Source of the DNA: the human T2T-CHM13v2.0 reference genome, Homo sapiens
Assembly (NCBI RefSeq): GCF_009914755.1
Contig: NC_060941.1
Direction: 5' to 3' (one strand)
Length of the DNA: 64,000 bases
The notes under the pieces are model-generated. The model searched no databases. It saw only the letters and a list, made by a program, of their open reading frames with translations, and was not told the origin of the DNA. The position numbers and the translations under genes were made by a program. Below are positions 50,901-62,900 of this stretch, one piece after another (positions within the stretch are counted from its first letter, which is position 1; each line of letters begins with the position of its first letter).

Positions 50901-53900
50901 GAGTTGAACACTCCTTTTGAGAGCGCAGTTTTGAAACTCTCTTTCTGTGGCATCCGCAAGGGGACATGTGGACCTCTTTGAAGATTTCGTTGGAAACGGA
51001 ATCATCTTCACATAAAAACTATACAGATGCATTCTCAGGAACTTTTTGGTGATGTTTGTATTCAACTCCCAGAGTTGAACTTTCCTTTGGAAAGAGCAGC
51101 TATGAAACACTCTTTTTCTAGAATCTGCAAGTGGACGTTTGGAGGGCTTTGTGGTTTGTGGTGGAAAAGGAAATATCTTCACCTAAATACTAGATAGAAG
51201 CCTTCTCAGAAACTGCTTTGTGATGATTGCATTCACCTCACAGAGTTGAACATTCCTATTGATAGAGCAGTTTGGAAACACTCTTGTTGTGGAATGTGCA
51301 AGTGGAGATTTGGAGCGCTTTGAGGCCTATGGTAGTAAAGGGAAGAGCTTCATAGAAAAACAAGACAGAAGCATTCTCAGAAAATACTTTGTGATGATTG
51401 AGTTGAACTCACAGAGCTGAACATTCCTTTGGATGGAGCAGGTTTGAGACACACTTTTTGTAGAATCTACAAGTGGATATTTGGACCTCTCTGAGGATTT
51501 CGTTGGAAACGGGATAACTGCACCTAACTAAACGGAAGCATTCTCAGAAACTTCTTGGTGATGTTTGCATTCAAATCCCAGAGTTGAACCTTCCTTTGAT
51601 AGTTCAGGTTTGAAACACTCTTTTTGTAGGATCTGCAAGTGGCTATTTGGACCACTCTGTGGCCTTCGTTCGAAACGGGTATATCTTCGCATAAAATCTA
51701 GACAGAAGCCTTCTCAGAAACTTCTCTGTGATGATTGCATTCAACTCACAGAGTTGAACCCTCCTATGGATAGAGCAGTGTTGAAACTCTCTTTTTGTGT
51801 AATCTGCAAGTGGATATGTGGACCTCTCCGAAGATGTCTTTGGAAACGGGAATATCTTCACATAAAAACTAAACAGAAGCATTCTCAGAAACTTCTCTGT
51901 GATGTTTGTGTTCAACTCCCAGAGTTTCACATTGCTTTTCATAGAGTAGTTCTGAAACATGCTTTTCGTAGTGTCTGCAAGTGGACATTTGGAGCGCTTT
52001 CAGGCCTGTGGTGGAAAACGAATTATGGTCACATAAAAACTGGAGAGAAGCATTGTCAGAAACTTCTTTGTGATGATTGCATTCAACTCACAGAGTTGAA
52101 GGTTCCTTTTCAAACAGCAGTTTCCAATCACTCTTTCTGTGGAATCTGCAAGTGGATATTTGGACCTATTTTGAAGATTTCGTTGGAAACGGGATAATCT
52201 TCACAGAAAAGCTAAACAGAAGCATTCTCAGAAACTTCTTTGTGATGCTTGCATTCAACTCACAGAGTTGAACTTTCCTTTCGAGAGAGAAGCTTTGAAA
52301 CACTCTTTTTCCAGAATGTGCAAGTGGACATTTGGAGGGCTTTGAGGCCTGTGGTGGAAAAGGAATTATCTTCCCGTAAAAGCTAGATAGAAGCATTCTC
52401 AGAAACTACTTTGTGATGATTGCATTCAAGTCACAGAGTTGAACATTCCCTTTGACAGAGCAGTTTGGAAACTCTCTTTGTGTAGAATCTGCAAGTGGAG
52501 ATATGGACCGCTTTGAGGCCTATGGTAGTAAAGGAAAGAGCTTCATATAAAAGCTAGACAGTAGCATTCACAGAAAACTCTTGGTGACGACTGAGTTTAA
52601 CTCACAGAGCTGAACATTCCTTTGGATGGAGCAGTTTCGAAACACACTATTTGTAGAATGTGCAAGTGGATATTTGGGCCTCTCTGAGGATTTCGTTGGA
52701 AACGGGATAAACCGCACAGAACTAAACAGAAGCATTCTCAGAACCTTCTTCGTGATGTTTGCATTCAACTCACAGTGTTGAACCTTTCTTTGATAGTTCA
52801 GGTTGGAAACGGTCTTTCTGTAGAAACTGCAAGTAGATATTTGGACCTCTCTGAGGATTTCGTTGGAAACGGGATAAACCGCACAGAACTAAAACAGAAG
52901 CATTCTCAGGATCCTCTTCGTGATGTTTGCATTCAACTCACAGTGCTGAACCTTTCTTTGATAGTTCAGCTTTGAAACACTCTTCTTGTAGAAACTGCAA
53001 GTGGATATTTGGTCCTCTCTGAGGATTTCGTTGGAAACGGGATAAACCGCACAGAACTAAACAGAAGCATTCTCAGAACCTTCTTCGTGATGTCTGCATT
53101 CAACTCACAGTGTGGAACCTTTCTTTGATAGTTCAGGTTTGAAACACTCTTTTTGTAGAAACTGCAAGGGGATAATTGCACTTCTTTGAGGCCTACCGTA
53201 GTAAAGGAAATAACTTCCTATAGAAAGAAGACAGAAGTTTTCTCAGAAAATTCTTTGGGATGATTGAGTGGAACTCACAGAGCTGAACATTCCTTGCGAT
53301 GTAGCAGTTTAGAAACACACTTTCTGCAGAATCTGCAAGTGCATATTTGGACCTCTCTGAGGAATTCGTTGGAAACGGGATAATTTCAGCTGACTAAAAA
53401 GAAGCAGTCTCAGAATCTTCTTTGTGATGTTTGCATTCAAATCCCAGAGTTGAACTTTCCTTTCAAAGTTCACGTTTGAAACACTATTTTTGAAGGATCT
53501 ACAAGTGGATATTTGGACCACTCTGTGTCCTCCGTTCGAAACGGGTATATCTTCACATGACATATAGACAGAAGCATTCTCAGAAGCTTCTCTGTGATGA
53601 CTGCATTCAACTCACGGAGTTGAACACTCCTTTTGAGAGCGCAGTTTTGAAACTCTCTTTCTGTGGCATCCGCAAGGGGACATGTGGACCTCTTTGAAGA
53701 TTTCGTTGGAAACGGAATCATCTTCACATAAAAACTATACAGATGCATTTTCAGGAACTTTTTGGTGATGTTTGTATTCAACTCCCAGAGTTGAACTTTC
53801 CTTTGGAAAGAGCAGCTATGAAACACTCTTTTTCTAGAATCTGCAAGTGGACGTTTGGAGGGCTTTGTGGTTTGTGGTGGAAAAGGAAATATCTTCACCT

Positions 53901-56900
53901 AAATACTAGATAGAAGCCTTCTCAGAAACTGCTTTGTGATGATTGCATTCACCTCACAGAGTTGAACATTCCTATTGATAGAGCAGTTTGGAAACACTCT
54001 TGTTGTGGAATGTGCAAGTGGAGATTTGGAGCGTTTTGAGGCCTATGGTAGTAAAGGGAAGAGCTTCATAGAAAAACTAGACAGAAGCATTCTCAGAAAA
54101 TACTTTGTGATGATTGAGTTGAACTCACAGAGCTGAACATTCCTTTGGATGGAGCAGGTTTGAGACACACTTTTTGTAGAATCTACAAGTGGATATTTGG
54201 ACCTCTCTGAGGATTTCGTTGGAAACGGGATAACTGCACCTAACTAAACGGAAGCATTCTCAGAAACTTCTTGGTGATGTTTGCATTCAAATCCCAGAGT
54301 TGAACCTTCCTTTGATAGTTCAGGTTTGAAACACTCTTTTTGTAGGATCTGCAAGTGGCTATTTGGACCACTCTGTGGCCTTCGTTCGAAACGGGTATAT
54401 CTTCGCATAAAATCTAGACAGAAGCCTTCTCAGAAACTTCTCTGTGATGATTGCATTCAACTCACAGAGTTGAACCCTCCTATGGATAGAGCAGTGTTGA
54501 AACTCTCTTTTTGTGGAATCTGCAAGTGGATATGTGGACCTCTCCGAAGATGTCTTTGGAAACGGGAATATCTTCACATAAAAACTAAACAGAAGCATTC
54601 TCAGAAACTTCTCTGTGATGTTTGTGTTCAACTCCCAGAGTTTCACATTGCTTTTCATAGAGTAGTTCTGAAACATGCTTTTCGTAGTGTCTGCAAGTGG
54701 ACATTTGGAGCGCTTTCAGGCCTGTGGTGGAAAACGAATTATGGTCACATAAAAACTGGAGAGAAGCATTGTCAGAAACTTCTTTGTGATGATTGCATTC
54801 AACTCACAGAGTTGAAGGTTCCTTTTCAAACAGCAGTTTCCAATCACTCTTTCTGTGGAATCTGCAAGTGGATATTTGGACCTATTTTGAAGATTTCGTT
54901 GGAAACGGTATAATCTTCACAGAAAAGCTAAACAGAAGCATTCTCAGAAACTTCTTTGTGATGCTTGCATTCAACTCACAGAGTTGAACTTTCCTTTCGA
55001 GAGAGAAGCTTTGAAACACTCTTTTTCCAGAATGTGCAAGTGGAGATTTGGAGGGCTTTGAGGCCTGTGGTGGAAAAGGAATTATCTTCCCGTAAAAGCT
55101 AGATAGAAGCATTCTCAGAAACTAATTTGTGATGATTGCATTCAAGTCACAGAGTTGAACATTCCCTTTGACAGAGCAGTTTGGAAACTCTCTTTGTGTA
55201 GAATCTGCAAGTGGAGATATGGACCGCTTTGAGGCCTATGGTAGTAAAGGAAAGAGCTTCATATAAAAGCTAGACAGTAGCATTCACAGAAAACTCTTGG
55301 TGACGACTGAGTTTAACTCACAGAGCTGAACATTCCTTTGGATGGAGCAGTTTCGAAACACACTATTTGTAGAATGTGCAAGTGGATATTTGGGCCTCTC
55401 TGAGGATTTCGTTGGAAACGGGATAAACCGCACAGAACTAAACAGAAGCATTCTCAGAACCTTCTTCGTGATGTTTGCATTCAACTCACAGTGTTGAACC
55501 TTTCTTTGATAGTTCAGGTTTGAAACGGTCTTTCTGTAGAAACTGCAAGTAGGTATTTGGACCTCTCTGAGGATTTCGTTGGAAACGGGATAAACCGCAC
55601 AGAACTAAAACAGAAGCATTCTCAGAACCCTCTTCGTGATGTTTGCATTCAACTCACAGTGCTGAAACTTTCTTTGATAGTTCAGCTTTGAAACACTCTT
55701 CTTGTGGAAACTGCAAGTGGATATTTGGTCCTCTCTGAGGATTTCGTTGGAAACGGGATAAACCGCACAGAACTAAACAGAAGCATTCTCAGAACCTTCT
55801 TCGTGATGTCTGCATTCAACTCACAGTGTGGAAGCTTTCTTTGATAGTTCAGGTTTGAAACACTCTTTTTGTAGAAACTGCAAGGGGATAATTGCACTTC
55901 TTTGAGGCCTACCGTAGTAAAGGAAATAACTTCCTATAGAAAGAAGACAGAAGCTTTCTCAGAAAATTCTTTGGGATGATTGAGTGGAACTCACAGAGCT
56001 GAACATTCCTTGCGATGTAGCAGTTTAGAAACACACTTTCTGCAGAATCTGCAAGTGCATATTTGGACCTCTCTGAGGAATTCGTTGGAAACGGGATAAT
56101 TTCAGCTGACTAAACAGAAGCAGTCTCAGAATCTTCTTTGTGATGTTTGCATTCAAATCCCAGAGTTGAACTTTCCTTTCAAAGTTCACGTTTGAAACAC
56201 TCTTTTTGCAGGATCTACAAGTGGATATTTGGACCACTCTGTGTCCTCCGTTCGAAACGGGTATATCTTCACATGACATCTAGACAGAAGCATTCTCAGA
56301 AGCTTCTCTGTGATGACTGCATTCAACTCACGGAGTTGAACACTCCTTTTGAGAGCGCAGTTTTGAAACTCTCTTTCTGTGGCATCCGCAAGGGGACATG
56401 TGGACCTCTTTGAAGATTTCGTTGGAAACGGAATCATCTTCACATAAAAACTATACAGATGCATTCTCAGGAACTTTTTGGTGATGTTTGTATTCAACTC
56501 CCAGAGTTGAACTTTCCTTTGGAAAGAGCAGCTATGAAACACTCTTTTTCTAGAATCTGCAAGTGGACGTTTGGAGGGCTTTGTGGTTTGTGGTGGAAAA
56601 GGAAATATCTTCACCTAAATACTAGATAGAAGCCTTCTCAGAAACTGCTTTGTGATGATTGCATTCACCTCACAGAGTTGAACATTCCTATTGATAGAGC
56701 AGTTTGGAAACACTCTTGTTGTGGAATGTGCAAGTGGAGATTTGGAGCGCTTTGAGGCCTATGGTAGTAAAGGGAAGAGCTTCATAGAAAAACAAGACAG
56801 AAGCATTCTCAGAAAATACTTTGTGATGATTGAGTTGAACTCACAGAGCTGAACATTCCTTTGGATGGAGCAGGTTTGAGACACACTTTTTGTAGAATCT

Positions 56901-59900
56901 GCAAGTGGATATTTGGACCTCTCTGAGGATTTCGTTGGAAACGGGATAACTGCACCTAACTAAACGGAAGCATTCTCAGAAACTTCTTGGTGATGTTTGC
57001 ATTCAAATCCCAGAGTTGAACCTTCCTTTGATAGTTCAGGTTTGAAACACTCTTTTTGTAGGATCTGCAAGTGGCTATTTGGACCACTCTGTGGCCTTCG
57101 TTCGAAACGGGTATATCTTCGCATAAAATCTAGACAGAAGCCTTCTCAGAAACTTCTCTGTGATGATTGCATTCAACTCACAGAGTTGAACCCTCCTATG
57201 GATAGAGCAGTGTTGAAACTCTCTTTTTGTGGAATCTGCAAGTGGATATGTGGACCTCTCCGAAGATGTCTTTGGAAACGGGAATATCTTCACATAAAAA
57301 CTAAACAGAAGCATTCTCAGAAACTTCTCTGTGATGTTTGTGTTCAACTCCCAGAGTTTCACATTGCTTTTCATAGAGTAGTTCTGAAACATGCTTTTCG
57401 TAGTGTCTGCAAGTGGACATTTGGAGCGCTTTCAGGCCTGTGGTGGAAAACGAATTATGGTCACATAAAAACTGGAGAGAAGCATTGTCAGAAACTTCTT
57501 TGTGATGATTGCATTCAACTCACAGAGTTGAAGGTTCCTTTTCAAACAGCAGTTTCCAATCACTCTTTCTGTGGAATCTGCAAGTGGATATTTGGACCTA
57601 TTTTGAAGATTTCGTTGGAAACGGGATAATCTTCACAGAAAAGCTAAACAGAAGCATTCTCAGAAACTTCTTTGTGATGCTTGCATTCAACTCACAGAGT
57701 TGAACTTTCCTTTCGAGAGAGAAGCTTTGAAACACTCTTTTTCCAGAATGTGCAAGTGGAGATTTGGAGGGCTTTGAGGCCTGTGGTGGAAAAGGAATTA
57801 TCTTCCCGTAAAAGCTAGATAGAAGCATTCTCAGAAACTAATTTGTGATGATTGCATTCAAGTCACAGAGTTGAACATTCCCTTTGACAGAGCAGTTTGG
57901 AAACTCTCTTTGTGTAGAATCTGCAAGTGGAGATATGGACCGCTTTGAGGCCTATGGTAGTAAAGGAAAGAGCTTCATATAAAAGCTAGACAGTAGCATT
58001 CACAGAAAACTCTTGGTGACGACTGAGTTTAACTCACAGAGCTGAACATTCCTTTGGATGGAGCAGTTTCGAAACACACTATTTGTAGAATGTGCAAGTG
58101 GATATTTGGGCCTCTCTGAGGATTTTGTTGGAAACGGGATAAACCGCACAGAACTAAACAGAAGCATTCTCAGAACCTTCTTCGTGATGTTTGCATTCAA
58201 CTCACAGTGTTGAACCTTTCTTTGATAGTTCAGGTTTGAAACGGTCTTTCTGTAGAAACTGCAAGTAGATATTTGGACCTCTCTGAGGATTTCGTTGGAA
58301 ACGGGATAAACCGCACAGAACTAAAACAGAAGCATTCTCAGGATCCTCTTCGTGATGTTTGCATTCAACTCACAGTGCTGAACCTTTCTTTGATAGTTCA
58401 GCTTTGAAACACTCTTCTTGTAGAAACTGCAAGTGGATATTTGGTCCTCTCTGAGGATTTCGTTGGAAACGGGATAAACCGCACAGAACTAAACAGAAGC
58501 ATTCTCAGAACCTTCTTCGTGATGTCTGCATTCAACTCACAGTGTGGAACCTTTCTTTGATAGTTCAGGTTTGAAACACTCTTTTTGTAGAAACTGCAAG
58601 GGGATAATTGCACTTTTTGAGGCCTACCGTAGTAAAGGAAATAACTTCCTATAGAAAGAAGACAGAAGTTTTCTCAGAAAATTCTTTGGGATGATTGAGT
58701 GGAACTCACAGAGCTGAACATTCCTTGCGATGTAGCAGTTTAGAAACACACTTTCTGCAGAATCTGCAAGTGCATATTTGGACCTCTCTGAGGAATTCGT
58801 TGGAAACGGGATAATTTCAGCTGACTAAACAGAAGCAGTCTCAGAATCTTCTTTGTGATGTTTGCATTCAAATCCCAGAGTTGAACTTTCCTTTCAAAGT
58901 TCACGTTTGAAACACTCTTTTTGCAGGATCTACAAGTGGATATTTGGACCACTCTGTGTCCTCCGTTCGAAACGGGTATATCTTCACATGACATATAGAC
59001 AGAAGCATTCTCAGAAGCTTCTCTGTGATGACTGCATTCAACTCACGGAGTTGAACACTCCTTTTGAGAGCGCAGTTTTGAAACTCTCTTTCTGTGGCAT
59101 CCGCAAGGGGACATGTGGACCTCTTTGAAGATTTCGTTGGAAACGGAATCATCTTCACATAAAAACTATACAGATGCATTCTCAGGAACTTTTTGGTGAT
59201 GTTTGTATTCAACTCCCAGAGTTGAACTTTCCTTTGGAAAGAGCAGCTATGAAACACTCTTTTTCTAGAATCTGCAAGTGGACGTTTGGAGGGCTTTGTG
59301 GTTTGTGGTGGAAAAGGAAATATCTTCACCTAAATACTAGATAGAAGCCTTCTCAGAAACTGCTTTGTGATGATTGCATTCACCTCACAGAGTTGAACAT
59401 TCCTATTGATAGAGAAGTTTGGAAACACTCTTGTTGTGGAATGTGCAAGTGGAGATTTGGAGCGTTTTGAGGCCTATGGTAGTAAAGGGAAGAGCTTCAT
59501 AGAAAAACTAGACAGAAGCATTCTCAGAAAATACTTTGTGATGATTGAGTTGAACTCACAGAGCTGAACATTCCTTTGGATGGAGCAGGTTTGAGACACA
59601 CTTTTTGTAGAATCTACAAGTGGATATTTGGACCTCTCTGAGGATTTCGTTGGAAACGGGATAACTGCACCTAACTAAACGGAAGCATTCTCAGAAACTT
59701 CTTGGTGATGTTTGCATTCAAATCCCAGAGTTGAACCTTCCTTTGATAGTTCAGGTTTGAAACACTCTTTTTGTAGGATCTGCAAGTGGCTATTTGGACC
59801 ACTCTGTGGCCTTCGTTCGAAACGGGTATATCTTCGCATAAAATCTAGACAGAAGCCTTCTCAGAAACTTCTCTGTGATGATTGCATTCAACTCACAGAG

Positions 59901-62900
59901 TTGAACCCTCCTATGGATAGAGCAGTGTTGAAACTCTCTTTTTGTGGAATCTGCAAGTGGATATGTGGACCTCTCCGAAGATGTCTTTGGAAACGGGAAT
60001 ATCTTCACATAAAAACTAAACAGAAGCATTCTCAGAAACTTCTCTGTGATGTTTGTGTTCAACTCCCAGAGTTTCACATTGCTTTTCATAGAGTAGTTCT
60101 GAAACATGCTTTTCGTAGTGTCTGCAAGTGGACATTTGGAGCGCTTTCAGGCCTGTGGTGGAAAACGAATTATGGTCACATAAAAACTGGAGAGAAGCAT
60201 TGTCAGAAACTTCTTTGTGATGATTGCATTCAACTCACAGAGTTGAAGGTTCCTTTTCAAAGAGCAGTTTCCAATCACTCTTTCTGTGGAATCTGCAAGT
60301 GGATATTTGGACCTATTTTGAAGATTTCGTTGGAAACGGGAGAATCTTCACAGGAAAGCTAAACAGAAGCATTCTCAGAAACTTCTTTGTGATGCTTGCA
60401 TTCAACTCACAGAGTTGAACTTTCCTTTCGAGAGAGAAGCTTTGAAACACTCTTTTTCCAGAATCTGCAAGTGGACATTTGGAGGGCTTTGAGGCCTGTG
60501 GTGGAAAAGGAATTATCTTCCCGTAAAAGCTAGATAGAAGCATTCTCAGAAACTACTTTGTGATGATTGCATTCAAGTCACAGAGTTGAACATTCCCTTT
60601 GACAGAGCAGTTTGGAAACTCTCTTTGTGTAGAATCTGCAAGTGGAGATATGGACCGCTTTGAGGCCTATGGTAGTAAAGGAAAGAGCTTCATATAAAAG
60701 CTAGACAGTAGCATTCACAGAAAACTCTTGGTGACGACTGAGTTTAACTCACAGAGCTGAACATTCCTTTGGATGGAGCAGTTTCGAAACACACTATTTG
60801 TAGAATGTGCAAGTGGATATTTGGGCCTCTCTGAGGATTTCGCTGGAAACGGGATAAACCGCACAGAACTAAACAGAAGCATTCTCTGAACCCTCTTCGT
60901 GATGTTTGCATTCAACTCACAGTGTTGAACCTTTCTTTGATAGTTCAGGTTGGAAACGGTCTTTCTGTAGAAACTGCAAGTAGATATTTGGACCTCTCTG
61001 AGGATTTCGTTGGAAACGGGATAAACCGCACAGAACTAAAACAGAAGCATTCTCAGAACCCTCTTCGTGATGTTTGCATTCAACTCACAGTGCTGAACCT
61101 TTCTTTGATAGTTCAGCTTTGAAACACTCTTCTTGTAGAAACTGCAAGTGGATATTTGGTCCTCTCTGAGGATTTCGTTGGAAACGGGATAAACCGCCCA
61201 GAACTAAACAGAAGCATTCTCAGAACCTTCTTCGTGATGTCTGCATTCAACTCACAGTGTGGAACCTTTCTTTGATAGTTCAGGTTTGAAACACTCTTTT
61301 TGTAGAAACTGCAAGGGGATAATTGCACTTCTTTGAGGCCTACCGTAGTAAAGGAAATAACTTCCTATAGAAAGAAGACAGAAGCTTTCTCAGAAAATTC
61401 TTTGGGATGATTGAGTGGAACTCACAGAGCTGAACATTCCTTGCGATGTAGCAGTTTAGAAACACACTTTCTGCAGAATCTGCAAGTGCATATTTGGACC
61501 TCTCTGAGGAATTCGTTGGAAACGGGATAATTTCAGCTGACTAAACAGAAGCAGTCTCAGAATCTTCTTTGTGATGTTTGCATTCAAATCCCAGAGTTGA
61601 ACTTTCCTTTCAAAGTTCACGTTTGAAACACTCTTTTTGCAGGATCTACAAGTGGATATTTGGACCACTCTGTGTCCTTCGTTCGAAACGGGTATATCTT
61701 CACATGACATCTAGACAGAAGCATTCTCAGAAGCTTCTCTGTGATGACTGCATTCAACTCACGGAGTTGAACACTCCTTTTGAGAGCGCAGTTTTGAAAC
61801 TCTCTTTCTGTGGCATCCGCAAGGGGACATGTAGACCTCTTTGAAGATTTCGTTGGAAACGGAATCATCTTCACATAAAAACTATACAGATGCATTCTCA
61901 GGAACTTTTTGGTGATGTTTGTATTCAACTCCCAGAGTTGAACTTTCCTTTGGAAAGAGCAGCTATGAAACACTCTTTTTCTAGGATCTGCAAGTGGACG
62001 TTTGGAGGGCTTTGTGGTTTGTGGTGGAAAAGGAAATATCTTCACCTAAATACTAGAGAGAAGCATTCTCAGAAACTGCTTTGTGATGATTGCATTCACC
62101 TCACAGAGTTGAACATTCCTATTGATAGAGCAGGTTGGAAACACTCTTGTTGTGGAATGTGCAAGTGGAGATTTGGAGCGCTTTGAGGCCTATGGTAGTA
62201 AAGGGAATAGCTTCATAGAAAAACTAGACAGAAGCATTCTCAGAAAATACTTTGTGATGATTGAGTTGAACTCACAGAGCTGAACATTCCTTTGGATGGA
62301 GCAGGTTTGAGACACACTTTTTGTAGAATCTACAAGTGGATATTTGGACCTCTCTGAGGATTTCGTTGGAAACGGGATAACTGCACCTAACTAAACGGAA
62401 GGATTCTCAGAAACTTCTTGGTGATGTTTGCATTCAAATCCCAGAGTTGAACCTTCCTTTGATAGTTCAGGTTTGAAACACTCTTTTTGTAGGATCTGCA
62501 AGTGGCTATTTGGACCACTCTGTGGCATTCGTTCAAAACGGGTATATCTTCGCATAAAATCTAGACAGAAGCCTTCTCAGAAACTTCTCTGTGATGATTG
62601 CATTCAACTCACAGAGTTGAACCCTCCTATGGATAGAGCAGTGTTGAAACTCTCTTTTTGTGGAATCTGCAAGTGGATATGTGGACCTATCCGAAGATGT
62701 CTTTGGAAACGGGAATATCTTCACATAAAAACTAAACGGAAGCATTCTCAGAAACTTCTCTGTGTTGTTTGTGTTCAACTCCCAGAGTTTCACATTGCTT
62801 TTCATAGAGTAGTTCTGAAACATGCTTTTCGTAGTGTCTACAAGTGGACATTTGGAGCGCTTCCAGGCCTGTGGTGGAAAACGAATTATGGTCACATAAA

